Positions 25,907 through 35,648 of a stretch of DNA of 64,000 nt are shown here, piece after piece. Each line of letters begins with the position of its first letter. The first letter of the stretch is position 1. The translations under genes and the position numbers were made by a program. This stretch comes from a virus (lineage: Duplodnaviria; Caudoviricetes): positions 831 to 64,830 of IMG/VR virus record IMGVR_UViG_3300033074_001631. One strand, 5' to 3'. The notes below the pieces were generated by a model. That model was not told where the DNA came from, did no database searches, and saw only the letters and a list, made by a program, of their open reading frames with translations.

Positions 25907-28363
25907 TTAGTTTTTTAAAATAGATTCTGCAACATAAATTCCACTACAAGCTGCAATCCATATTCCTCTTGACATTCCATTATCTCCTTGAATATGAACA
26001 TCTGGATGATCTATTAATGAAAAATTTGGATTGTTAAACGATATTGTATTAGAAATATATTTAACTTCTGGGAGATATAGAATATAGTTATTATTTATAT
26101 TAAATACTTTATTTAGATCCTCTATAAATTCTAATATATTATTTGCATATTTTCCATATCCTTTTTTGAATTTTTCTAAGGTAATAGGAAAACAAGGCAT
26201 TTCATTACCTTCATCTGTTTTTGATGGTTGTCTATTAGTTGGTGAATATGATGACATTTTTCCTTTTTTGTTAAAAAATTTAACTAAGTCTTGTTTAAAT
26301 TTAAAAGGATCATCTATTTCATCTTTAATTTCAAGCATTATCCCAAAATTAGTTAATCCATTATATTTATTAGGATCTTTATAGGCGTGTCCATTAGCTG
26401 TAATAAAACCATATGTTTGTTCAGGAGCTACAAATGCTGCATAATTATTAACACAATTATGTATTATTATCGGTGTTGTTCCTGCTATAAAATTGTGATT
26501 AATATCAGTTTCTATATCATATACAGTTCCTTCAAATTTATTTGATATTAAAGATTTAATTTTTTCATAATTTTTTCTATCTTGGTTTTTTATATTTAGA
26601 GATAAACTTTCTTGTAGTAAATTATGTTTTTTGTTATTTTGAAGATTTAATTTATTAGCTAAGAATTTAACATAATTTAAATTTTGTATCCTTAATATAT
26701 AATTTTTTGTTTTTTTTCCTTTAGTAAAATTCGTTTCTAAATATTGAAATCTGGTTTTAGACATTATACCTAAATGAAGAAACAAATACGATAAATCTCT
26801 AATTAATTTATTTGAGCTAGTATAATATTCCAATGAAATAGAGTATTCTTTTTTAATTCTTCCATCTCCATCTATCATACCTGATAGAAATGAGAATATT
26901 TCTTCTTCAGACCAATTAAATATTGATTTAGGTAATCCTCTTTGTTTACCTTTTTTAAAACAATTCTCATCTACTAGAAACTTTTTTAATATAGGTGATG
27001 TAAAATTTAGAACAGAATAATTATCATATTGTTTTTTAGAAGATGAGTTTTCATTTTGATTTGTTAATACATTTATAAATTTATCTAAAATATAATCTTC
27101 ATTGGTTAAATTAAATCCATTACAATTCCATTTAGAGTTATATTGTCCGCTACCATCTGCAAACCATAAACCAAAAGCCCATAATTGCTCATTAGAATAT
27201 TTAGTAAATCTAGGTTTGATGTCTCTTTTGAAACCTATAGGAGTAACTAAATTATCTCCTAGTTTTAGATCTTTGGCTTTAACTTCTTTAATTTTATTTA
27301 ATTTTAAAGCATCATCGTTATGTTTTCTATTTGGGTTTTGTTCTTTAGTATATTCCTTTTTTATCTTTTCTTTTTCCCAAACAAAAAATATATGATCTTC
27401 AGTAGTAGTTAAATGTTCATTTACTGTTATTAAATCTCCTTTATATTCTCTTTTAAATATATTTGTAGGATTAACCCAATTGGTTTCTTTTTTTTCAAAA
27501 TTATAAACCAACACTTTGTCTTCTAAAGATACATTTTTAATAGATTTATATATTATTTCTCCATTTGTATTTAAAATTTGGATTTCCTCTGTTTCTGGTA
27601 GGCAGAAACTTCTTCCAGAGATATTATCCCATTTTTTATATAATTTAAAATCATACGCAAATTTAGTTAATTTATCAAAATAATGGCCATCAGTTTCATA
27701 TCTTACTCCTAACTGAGCTGCTCTGGGTTTTGTTTTCAAATTATATTTTTTTATAATTTTATCAAGAAAATCTACTCCTGATTTCCCTCCTGCTAAAATT
27801 ACTTTATCATAATTAAACAAATAATCATTTCCAAATCCTTCTAATAAATTCGTAGCTTTTATTATTTTTTTATCAAAATCTATATCTTTAACTTCATGGT
27901 TATAATATTGTTCTACACCCATTTTATCAAAATATTCGAATATATTTTGAACTTGTTGGCGACCGTAATCAGTCCCTAAATGCATACATGGAGCTTGTTT
28001 TAAATCAAAAGGAGAATCTTTTAACCATTGTGGGATTTCTTCTGGTTGAGTATACATCACTTTAGATTTATCTGGATGGTATTCTAAGATATAATCTATT
28101 AATTGTTGTCCTAACCTATCAGCAGTTTGTTGGTCTACATATTCAGGAGTAAATATTCCTCCTTGAGTCCAACTTTGAAGAACCTTAAAATCACTATAAG
28201 TACCTGCTCCCCCAGCTCCGCTCATAACATTATGAGATTTTCTATCATATATAGAATCTCCTTTTTCTATTATAATTATATTTTTAGGATTAAATCCATT
28301 TTTTAATAAATGAAGTACTCCATACTGAGTACTTACTCCCGCTCCAATGTAAATTACTTTCAT
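25907..28363 (-). CDS. FAD-dependent oxidoreductase (COG2509-like) interrupted by an intein
   Basis: N-terminal IGAGVS Rossmann motif and GAGGAGTYSD; extein junction GRSF|CVNN; extein about 435 aa. Confidence 0.8.
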   Translation of the reverse strand: MKVIYIGAGVSTQYGVLHLLKNGFNPKNIIIIEKGDSIYDRKSHNVMSGAGGAGTYSDFKVLQSWTQGGIFTPEYVDQQTADRLGQQLIDYILEYHPDKSKVMYTQPEEIPQWLKDSPFDLKQAPCMHLGTDYGRQQVQNIFEYFDKMGVEQYYNHEVKDIDFDKKIIKATNLLEGFGNDYLFNYDKVILAGGKSGVDFLDKIIKKYNLKTKPRAAQLGVRYETDGHYFDKLTKFAYDFKLYKKWDNISGRSFCLPETEEIQILNTNGEIIYKSIKNVSLEDKVLVYNFEKKETNWVNPTNIFKREYKGDLITVNEHLTTTEDHIFFVWEKEKIKKEYTKEQNPNRKHNDDALKLNKIKEVKAKDLKLGDNLVTPIGFKRDIKPRFTKYSNEQLWAFGLWFADGSGQYNSKWNCNGFNLTNEDYILDKFINVLTNQNENSSSKKQYDNYSVLNFTSPILKKFLVDENCFKKGKQRGLPKSIFNWSEEEIFSFLSGMIDGDGRIKKEYSISLEYYTSSNKLIRDLSYLFLHLGIMSKTRFQYLETNFTKGKKTKNYILRIQNLNYVKFLANKLNLQNNKKHNLLQESLSLNIKNQDRKNYEKIKSLISNKFEGTVYDIETDINHNFIAGTTPIIIHNCVNNYAAFVAPEQTYGFITANGHAYKDPNKYNGLTNFGIMLEIKDEIDDPFKFKQDLVKFFNKKGKMSSYSPTNRQPSKTDEGNEMPCFPITLEKFKKGYGKYANNILEFIEDLNKVFNINNNYILYLPEVKYISNTISFNNPNFSLIDHPDVHIQGDNGMSRGIWIAACSGIYVAESILKN
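26456..27604 (-). mobile_element. Intein with LAGLIDADG homing endonuclease (383 aa)
   Basis: Starts CLPETEE and ends VYDIET...IIHN, followed by Cys(+1). LAGLIDADG motifs FGLWFADGS and LSGMIDGDG. Confidence 0.93.
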
Positions 28364-28533
28364 TATTTATATTTAAATTTTTTAACATTACCCCTCACAG
28401 GTTTATTTAGTTTTACTATTCTTCCTTGATATTTGGTTTCTTCTAATATATTTTTAGTATCTCCAATACATTTTTTTAGTTCTTATATAAATTCTTTTAT
28501 TTTATAGTCATCAATAGTATATTCTTCCATCAT
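28363..28533 (-). pseudogene. Degraded small head-protein-like gene
   Basis: MMEEYTIDDYKIKEFI*ELKK...EETKYQGRIVKLNKPVRGNVKKFKYK*: in-frame TAA at 28483-28485; start and stop overlap both neighbours. Confidence 0.4.
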
Positions 28534-28871
28534 ATTTTTACAATTTTATAAGGTTTATTATATTTTTCACACAGAGATAAACTATGTGCTGTTCCTTTGC
28601 TCATACCATCCCAAAAAGCAATAACTCCATCACAATTTTTGATTATATCTTCATTGCGAATAAAACCAGCACGTTTACCATGTTTTTCCCAATCCGCAGG
28701 GAATATTAATATTTCAATATTATTTTCGATTGCCCATTTTTCCCCCAAAGAATCTGCTCCTTTGGCTGCCCCACTAACAACTAATGTAATTTTTGGTTTG
28801 TATTGTTTTAAAGATTCAACTAAAAAATTATAATCATTAAAAGTTCTGCTTCCTATAATGGCTAATTTCAT
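28530..28871 (-). CDS. SLOG-family protein (YspA/DUF2493-like)
   Basis: AIIGSR, VSGAAKGAD, AGFIRN and FWDGMSKGT motifs. Confidence 0.85.
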   Translation of the reverse strand: MKLAIIGSRTFNDYNFLVESLKQYKPKITLVVSGAAKGADSLGEKWAIENNIEILIFPADWEKHGKRAGFIRNEDIIKNCDGVIAFWDGMSKGTAHSLSLCEKYNKPYKIVKI

Positions 28872-28988
28872 ATATTTTAATATACAAAAAAAAGAGCATC
28901 AATCCAAAAAGAATTGATGCCACAGCTATCATATTTTATATTTTTTGAACGACCAGCTATGAATTGGTCTTAATATTTGGAATGTTTT

Positions 28989-29282
28989 TCAGACATTTTC
29001 ATTCAAACTCAACATATGTTTATAATCTTCATAAACACTATAATCTTTTAAAACATTTACAAGAGCTTTGAAGTTTTTATCAAATATAGCTTGTTCTGCT
29101 TCATAATATAAATCATTGTTCCCATGATCTTGTCCTATTTTATATAATAGTTCTTCATAAGGAACTATAAAACTATTATCTCCTATACTAACATCTAATT
29201 TAGTTCCTAAGGTATTTTCATCTAAAATACCAGCAAGTTTTTGCATCCTCTTGAATTCTTCAGAAATAAGTTGTTTTTTCAT
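28989..29282 (-). CDS. Small protein with an RMQKLAG leader (start re-called to 29282)
   Basis: MKKQLISEEFKRMQKLAGILDE; late-type motif at 29291-29298. Confidence 0.65.
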   Translation of the reverse strand: MKKQLISEEFKRMQKLAGILDENTLGTKLDVSIGDNSFIVPYEELLYKIGQDHGNNDLYYEAEQAIFDKNFKALVNVLKDYSVYEDYKHMLSLNENV

Positions 29283-29298
29283 GTTTTTATTATAAATA

Positions 29299-29941
29299 TC
29301 AAGGAACCCATGAAGGTTTTCGGTTTGGTATTTTTTTCCAAATAAATCCACCACATTCTTTTTGTCTTCCTGTAAGGCATGCGCTGATACCACCATTCCA
29401 AAGGTTTAATTCTATTTCAGCTTGTTTAATTTTTTCCCAAATATTTAATAAATTTCCATTCATATCATATTGGCCTACTTTTTTTCTATTTTTTAAATTT
29501 TCCTTTCCTTTTTTGGATTCAGATATTTTTTGTTTATGTTCTTCAGTTTTAGGTTTTTTCATTTTTTGTTTTGATTCATCTGAATATTTTTTTTCTAGTT
29601 TAACATTACGCATTTTTTTCAATGGTATCTAAACTATGTTTGCCTCCTTTTTTATCTTTTAATCGGAAAAAAAGAGCATTATCCCAGCCATTTTCATTTA
29701 TAAATTCTTTTTTCCAAAAATATTCTTTTTCATCCAATTGTTCTAAATCACATTCTTCAAGTATTTCCATTTTATGATTCTCATAACCATATTTTTTTAA
29801 GGAATTTAAAAATTTAGGACCTACAGAATCACTATTTAATTGTTTATACATTTGATGCCTTCGTTCTATATCAACTGCTTGCCCTATATATGATTTTCCT
29901 TTAGGATTTGTGAATTTGTATATTCCTGTTCTAATACCCAT
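29299..29941 (-). pseudogene. Frameshifted GIY-YIG/NUMOD homing endonuclease
   Basis: The GIYKF...YIGQ half (29606..29941) and NUMOD3/NUMOD1 half (29299..29622) join if one A is removed from the A7 run at 29613-29619. Confidence 0.75.
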
Positions 29942-30399
29942 TCTGGTTTATTGTTTAATTTTTTCCAATTTAATTTTTTTATTTTAACTTTATCTTCAAT
30001 ATAAAATTTTCTATAGGATTCTATTACATCATTTGTTTTATATATCTCAGGCATACACATTGGAGGAGTTTTAAACCCATTGTTAGATATATTAGGTTTA
30101 TTATCTCGAAGCCATTCAAGCACATCCTTTGTTTTATGTTTTTTACCATATCTTTTTTCAAATTCATTGCATATTTCTAACCCATGTTCCACTAACCATA
30201 AATATTGAGGGAGAGATTCTCTTGCCCACTTTGTTGAAGGATGATTAACATGAGCACGTTTATAAGGAGCAGATGAACCTGTTTCCCAATGTGCTGTACA
30301 ACACATTTGTGCGCTTTCTATTTGCATTTTACGGATATGATCATCTGCTAATTCACGAGCCGCAACAATTGGATCTTCATTGATGTAAAATATATTCAT
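29884..30399 (-). CDS. Pyrimidine-dimer DNA glycosylase-like protein
   Basis: MNIF, DDHIRKMQIESAQM, HVNHPSTKW, PPMCMP and YRKFY motifs. Confidence 0.8.
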   Translation of the reverse strand: MNIFYINEDPIVAARELADDHIRKMQIESAQMCCTAHWETGSSAPYKRAHVNHPSTKWARESLPQYLWLVEHGLEICNEFEKRYGKKHKTKDVLEWLRDNKPNISNNGFKTPPMCMPEIYKTNDVIESYRKFYIEDKVKIKKLNWKKLNNKPEWVLEQEYTNSQILKENHI

Positions 30400-30443
30400 A
30401 ACTTTTTTTATAAAAATACAAAAACTTTTTTATATAACCAAAC

Positions 30444-31331
30444 TTATATTTGAGGAAGAGATAATTCTTTTGCTCTTTTTTTCCAAATGTCTAAAATACT
30501 TTTTCTATCTTCAGGTTTCAATTTGACTTTATCAAAATAATCATTTATTACTTGTGTAAAAGGAACTTTAGATTTTTTAGCTTTTAAATACATGCCCTGA
30601 AGCATAGCGTCTACTTCTTGAGATAATTTAAAATATTCAGATTTAGGTAATAGTTTAGCTTTTATTAAATTTCTTAATAAAGTATCATCTTCCATTTTTT
30701 TAGAGGGAATCACATTTGAACCTTCTTGAGTTAAATGTTCTACCTCATGTCTAATAACATCTGTCAAATCATTATATATAACTTCCCATTTTTTAGGCAA
30801 ATCTCTAGGATCTACTTGAAATCTAACTTCTAAATAAGCTGGGGTTCCTTGAGGATCTGCTCCTCCATCTACTTTATATATTTTATTTGTTGTTTCTTTT
30901 AGTTTTAATATAGCTGAAAGTTCAAATTCGTAAGTTTTTTGTTTTGAATCAGTAAATTCATAAATTTCTTCAAATTCTAAAGTATTAGAAATTTTATCTT
31001 CATATTGTTCTTTCCAATTATTTAATATATCTTTAACTACTTTTCGAGTTAAAGAATCATAACGACCCTCTAAAAGTAAAACTTCAACAATTTTATCATG
31101 CATTTTTAATAAATTATCAACATCTTCTTTAGGAATTAATTTTCCATTAACTCTTTCTAAATTTTTTGTATGTTTATTATATATCGTAGATTCAGCTGTT
31201 GTTTTACAAAACATTCCTTTTCCATTAGGATTAAATTTTTCAAAATAATACACCTTAGGGTCATTTTTAAATTTTAAAGAAGAACCTTTACCTATATTAT
31301 ATTTTATTATAGTTTTATTAAAAGGATGCAT
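30444..31331 (-). CDS. Hypothetical protein with a C-terminal HExxH zincin-like module
   Basis: VIRHEVEH...EVDA motif after an LLEG junction. Confidence 0.55.
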   Translation of the reverse strand: MHPFNKTIIKYNIGKGSSLKFKNDPKVYYFEKFNPNGKGMFCKTTAESTIYNKHTKNLERVNGKLIPKEDVDNLLKMHDKIVEVLLLEGRYDSLTRKVVKDILNNWKEQYEDKISNTLEFEEIYEFTDSKQKTYEFELSAILKLKETTNKIYKVDGGADPQGTPAYLEVRFQVDPRDLPKKWEVIYNDLTDVIRHEVEHLTQEGSNVIPSKKMEDDTLLRNLIKAKLLPKSEYFKLSQEVDAMLQGMYLKAKKSKVPFTQVINDYFDKVKLKPEDRKSILDIWKKRAKELSLPQI

Positions 31332-31759
31332 TATTTTTTAAATAAATTATTTAATAGTTCTTGTAAACCAAAATGTTTATCTGGTAGTTCTAATAGTTCC
31401 TTTTTAGATAACCATTTATATTCTGTGTTTTCGGATTTATCCAATTTAGGAATAAATTCTTTAGGAACAACTCCTATAAAATTATGAAATTCTAATTCTG
31501 GTTTGTTATATATGTAAACTTCTTTAACTTTCATATTTCCCTTAAAACCAGTTTCTTCTTTAAATTCACGTAAGGCAGTATCTTTCCAATTTTTATCAGA
31601 TTCTTCTACTTTTCCTCCAGCACTACACCAAGTGTTAGGTTCTGGAGAGCCTTCTGCTCTTTTTACTACTAAAAAATTTTTAGTATCTTCAGAAACACAC
31701 AAAATTCCTGCTGCTTTTACTTTTTTAGCATTTTCTTTTATTAAATTAATTAATTTCAT
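31331..31759 (-). CDS. NUDIX hydrolase
   Basis: GGKVEESDKNWKDTALREFKEETG Nudix box. Confidence 0.9.
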   Translation of the reverse strand: MKLINLIKENAKKVKAAGILCVSEDTKNFLVVKRAEGSPEPNTWCSAGGKVEESDKNWKDTALREFKEETGFKGNMKVKEVYIYNKPELEFHNFIGVVPKEFIPKLDKSENTEYKWLSKKELLELPDKHFGLQELLNNLFKK

Positions 31760-32342
31760 TATATGTTCCTGGTTTTAGTTTTTTATTAAATATTAAAGAA
31801 CCTGCCCCAAAATCATCATATGAAGTTCCTATAAAATTTATTCCATCATATTTGTATAATAATCTATTAGATAATAGATCTCCATCTTTTTTATTTAATA
31901 TATCATCTATATAATTGTAAAATATTTTTTTAGTTTCTTGTTTGTTCAAAGATAAATATTCTGAAAATACATCTATAGCATCTTCTATATATTCTTGGGT
32001 TTCATTTGATTTTAGGTCTTCTTTTTTTAATCCGTTTAAATAATAAGTTATAGCTTTAATATTTTCATAAAAATTTTCAGGATCAGAAGGAGAATATAAA
32101 TTGTATTTAGACAAATCTATTTTAGATAAAACACCATAGTTGAGATCAGATTTTAATTTTTTGGCTTTATCTAAATCCCCCATAAAATAATATCCAGTTC
32201 CTAATAACCCTGTTTTAGATTTAGCTAAACCAAATCCTCTATCTTTCAAGGTTTCTGCAGGAGATAATGGTTCAAATTTCCCAGCACGATACCCAATATT
32301 TTCATTTAGAATTTTGTTTAATATAGGTTTTAATTTTAACAT
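31746..32342 (-). CDS. Hypothetical, possible ART-fold protein
   Basis: GYRAG...GLLGTGYYF pattern after an ILNE leader. Confidence 0.4.
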   Translation of the reverse strand: MLKLKPILNKILNENIGYRAGKFEPLSPAETLKDRGFGLAKSKTGLLGTGYYFMGDLDKAKKLKSDLNYGVLSKIDLSKYNLYSPSDPENFYENIKAITYYLNGLKKEDLKSNETQEYIEDAIDVFSEYLSLNKQETKKIFYNYIDDILNKKDGDLLSNRLLYKYDGINFIGTSYDDFGAGSLIFNKKLKPGTYNEIN

Positions 32343-33322
32343 ATATCTTTAAAGTCTATTTCTATTGCATTTCCTATTAATTGATCTTTTTTATATAAAA
32401 AATTTTTAGAAAATGATCTTAATTCTATTCCGTTAGTTTTGTGTATATGATGGGAAAAAGCAAAAATTGGTTCATCATCTGTATTATAAATATCTTCTAA
32501 AGTTTCATAAATTTGATAACAATCTAAAATTAATATCCCTTTATTAAAAGTGTGTTTATTATATATTTCAAAATCCTGTTTTATAACTATAGTTTTAGGA
32601 TTATCTTTTCCAAATACTACTTCTTCTTCTAAATATTTTGGGGTATTTTTTATTATTATTTTAGATAATATCGTGTTATTTTTAGAATCAAATAATTTAA
32701 ATTTATTAGAAGTTCCTTCAATAGGGATTAGTCTAATATTTTTAATCAAACCTTTTTTACTTTTTTCTATAAAATTATTAAATTCTTTTTCAAATCTTTT
32801 TTTAGAACTTTCCCACCTGATTGCATTTTCTTTTTTTAAAGAAATATTAGAAATAATTTTTTTGTCAGACATTAAACATATGTCTGATTTATAATAAGAT
32901 AAAGCCCCCAAAAAAGAAGAATCTTTACATTCTGTTATATTTTTGAAAATTAATTCTTTTTTCGTATTTTTAAAAATAACAGTTATGGGTTTATTAAATT
33001 CTTTAATTTTATCATTAATTAAATTTAATAAACACCTTTCATTTTGTTTACCAGAAGAATTATTTCCTTGATTATGTAAAAATTTTATGTAAATATTTAT
33101 TATATTTTTATATTTAAGTCTTCCTATTGAAGAACCTAAACCTTTTGAATTTTTATCAAAAACAAAAAATGGAAAAGTTTTTAATTTTTCCATGAATTCA
33201 ATTCTAGATAAAGGAAATTCTTTAGGTAACAATATTTTTAATGTTTTAGAAGAAACTTTTTTAAAATGTTTGTCTTCTAAAGGATAGTGTGTCCTTATTA
33301 AAGAAATAACTTCATTAATCAT
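32336..33322 (-). CDS. Possible PD-(D/E)xK / restriction-like nuclease
   Basis: SGKQNE...KSDI...ISLKK spacing. Confidence 0.4.
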   Translation of the reverse strand: MINEVISLIRTHYPLEDKHFKKVSSKTLKILLPKEFPLSRIEFMEKLKTFPFFVFDKNSKGLGSSIGRLKYKNIINIYIKFLHNQGNNSSGKQNERCLLNLINDKIKEFNKPITVIFKNTKKELIFKNITECKDSSFLGALSYYKSDICLMSDKKIISNISLKKENAIRWESSKKRFEKEFNNFIEKSKKGLIKNIRLIPIEGTSNKFKLFDSKNNTILSKIIIKNTPKYLEEEVVFGKDNPKTIVIKQDFEIYNKHTFNKGILILDCYQIYETLEDIYNTDDEPIFAFSHHIHKTNGIELRSFSKNFLYKKDQLIGNAIEIDFKDIC

Positions 33323-33334
33323 AAAAAATTTATA

Positions 33335-34015
33335 TTAAAAAAATTTAATTGTTTGTTTAGATAATTCTATTATACCTTTAAAATATTTTATTTTATCATC
33401 CTTACTCCAAGAATTTTCTATTTTATTTAACATCTTTTTTATCATTTCTATATTGTTTTCTATTTGAGAAGCAACAGAATCATGATAATTTTCGGTTAAT
33501 TCTAGTTTAGGAAGATCTTTTACAACATTATTAAAATTTTTAATAGAATAAAATAAATTTTTAAATTTGGATAAAATATAATTAATCCCTTTATTTAAAA
33601 TATTGTTTTCTTTTATATCAGAAATTTTAAATTCAGGTTTAGTTTCTTTTCTTTTAGTATCCAAATGAGCAGACTCAAATTGTTTTAATATCTTTTGAGT
33701 AGCTAAATTTAATTTTGACATAGCTTCCAACCAAAGGTCTTTATATGAAGCACTAGGGTATTTGTATTTTGGAACAGTTTCCAAAGTAGCTACCCATTCA
33801 TCGGCCTCAACCTTTGTTACATCAAAGTTTTGCATGTATTGAACAATAGATTTCAAACGATTTTCTTCTTCTTTACTTTTCAAAGAGATAGAATCTAAGG
33901 TTTCTTTAATAGATTTTTGAAGTTTTTCTATTTCTGAGGAGTTCTTTTTGTAAGATTCTATTTCTTTTTTTAATTCTTCTTCAGAAGATATTTCTTCAAT
34001 CATTACTTTTTCCAT
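33335..34015 (-). CDS. Hypothetical coiled-coil protein
   Basis: 226-aa ORF in a packed operon. Confidence 0.6.
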   Translation of the reverse strand: MEKVMIEEISSEEELKKEIESYKKNSSEIEKLQKSIKETLDSISLKSKEEENRLKSIVQYMQNFDVTKVEADEWVATLETVPKYKYPSASYKDLWLEAMSKLNLATQKILKQFESAHLDTKRKETKPEFKISDIKENNILNKGINYILSKFKNLFYSIKNFNNVVKDLPKLELTENYHDSVASQIENNIEMIKKMLNKIENSWSKDDKIKYFKGIIELSKQTIKFF

Positions 34016-34017
34016 AA

Positions 34018-34479
34018 TTAGTTTTCAGGTTCTTCTATAGGTTTTTCTTCTTTTTCTGAAGAAATTGTTTCTTTTTTGGGTTGTTCTGGGGCTGAATATA
34101 ATAATAATCTAGATAAAGAAATTGTTGCTTTCTCTAATTCATCTATATTTAGTAAATAATATTCTTTTCCTTCGATTTTTGCTATCCAACTTCTATCAGT
34201 AAATATTAAATAAAATTTTTGTCCATTTTTTAAATCTATTCTAAAAGTTGTGGGTTTAGGAGCCATCCATAATACATCATCAACAAATAAATTAAAACTA
34301 TCTGTTAACAAATCAACAATTACATTTTTTAATTCAGGAAATCTAACTAATATAGGTAAAGTATCAACATCAAGAGATATTTTAGAAAACCCAGGCATAT
34401 CAAAATCTACTGGTTTATTTTTTCCTAATACTTGTTTGATTATTGATCTTATCTTTTCTTTTAATTCTGATTTAGTCAT
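34018..34479 (-). CDS. Hypothetical protein
   Basis: 153-aa ORF, MTKSELKEKIRSII leader. Confidence 0.6.
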   Translation of the reverse strand: MTKSELKEKIRSIIKQVLGKNKPVDFDMPGFSKISLDVDTLPILVRFPELKNVIVDLLTDSFNLFVDDVLWMAPKPTTFRIDLKNGQKFYLIFTDRSWIAKIEGKEYYLLNIDELEKATISLSRLLLYSAPEQPKKETISSEKEEKPIEEPEN

Positions 34480-34724
34480 ATCCCTTTATAAGGAGTTTGT
34501 AAAGAAGTTTTTATAATTTCTTTAAGTTTTTCTTTAAATTTTTTATCTACAGTACTTTTAGCTCTATTTATAGCCGCTCCTCTAGCTATCTTTTCAGCAT
34601 TTTTTCCATATTTTTTAACTAAAGAACGTTTATTGTACAGCATTGATTTCAAATAATCTGTAGCTAATTCTTCAGTTTCTGAAGATAGTATTTCAATTAA
34701 AGATTTATTAAGCCATTTCTTCAT
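34476..34724 (-). CDS. Hypothetical protein
   Basis: 82-aa ORF overlapping its neighbours. Confidence 0.55.
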   Translation of the reverse strand: MKKWLNKSLIEILSSETEELATDYLKSMLYNKRSLVKKYGKNAEKIARGAAINRAKSTVDKKFKEKLKEIIKTSLQTPYKGI

Positions 34725-35628
34725 CTGAAGATATTTGGGTTCTTGTAAAATATGTTAAAGCATTACCTATTTGTCTAACTAATTTTTTATCACCTAATTT
34801 TTTAGAGGCTTCTAGGGCTTGCATAAGTTCTTTTTGAACTTCTTGGGGTGTTGTTAATGTCCCTTCATCTGAAGTTTCAATTTCTGTTTCTTCAGTTTCA
34901 GTTTCTTCTTCTGGTTCTTCTTTTTTAGCTTCATCTACTGTTAACATATCTATAAGATCTTTAGCTGTCTCTACAGAAATGTCTAATACTTGAGCCAATT
35001 CTTCAGGAGTAGTATCTCCTTCAGAAGCAACATATTCAGAAGCTTTATTTAATAAATCTCCCACCTCAGGATCAGACCCTACCCCATATTCTATTTTTCT
35101 TGATTCTCTTTCATAATCTTCTATTTCTTTTAAAACCATTTCTTTTATTTTAGATTTTAAAGAAGATTTGGTATAAATATTTGATTCTTTTAAATTTAAT
35201 TCTTTTTTAACACTTGCTTTTAAATAACCCTTCTTAATAATGTTATCAATTCCTCTTACTAAAGGTAGATTGGGGTCATTTGGCTCATATTCATATTCAT
35301 TTTCTTTAAAAGTTAACTCACCATCAACCAACACATATATACTACTCACATCAATATTTTTATTATCATCATCTGTTGATTCTTTTATTATTAATCCTTT
35401 CTTTTTAGCATATTTTTTTGCTTGTTCTTCATTGTCAAAAAACATATCTAATTGTTCTGAACCATCAGGTTTTTCTAAAACATATGTTGGGTTATCTTTT
35501 GAACCAGATTTAGATATTATATATTCTTCCCCTTTAGTTCCCATAGAGGATGTTCTGAATTGCCATTCATTAATCCCAGCCAATTTTTGCATTCTTTGGA
35601 ATTCTTCGGTTAGTTGTTGTTTTTTCAT
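34708..35628 (-). CDS. Modular acidic protein with an RMQKLAG leader
   Basis: MKKQQLTEEFQRMQKLAGINE; contains a 42-aa module shared with 17605..19971. Confidence 0.65.
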   Translation of the reverse strand: MKKQQLTEEFQRMQKLAGINEWQFRTSSMGTKGEEYIISKSGSKDNPTYVLEKPDGSEQLDMFFDNEEQAKKYAKKKGLIIKESTDDDNKNIDVSSIYVLVDGELTFKENEYEYEPNDPNLPLVRGIDNIIKKGYLKASVKKELNLKESNIYTKSSLKSKIKEMVLKEIEDYERESRKIEYGVGSDPEVGDLLNKASEYVASEGDTTPEELAQVLDISVETAKDLIDMLTVDEAKKEEPEEETETEETEIETSDEGTLTTPQEVQKELMQALEASKKLGDKKLVRQIGNALTYFTRTQISSDEEMA

Positions 35629-35648
35629 AGTTTTTTTGTATAAATATA

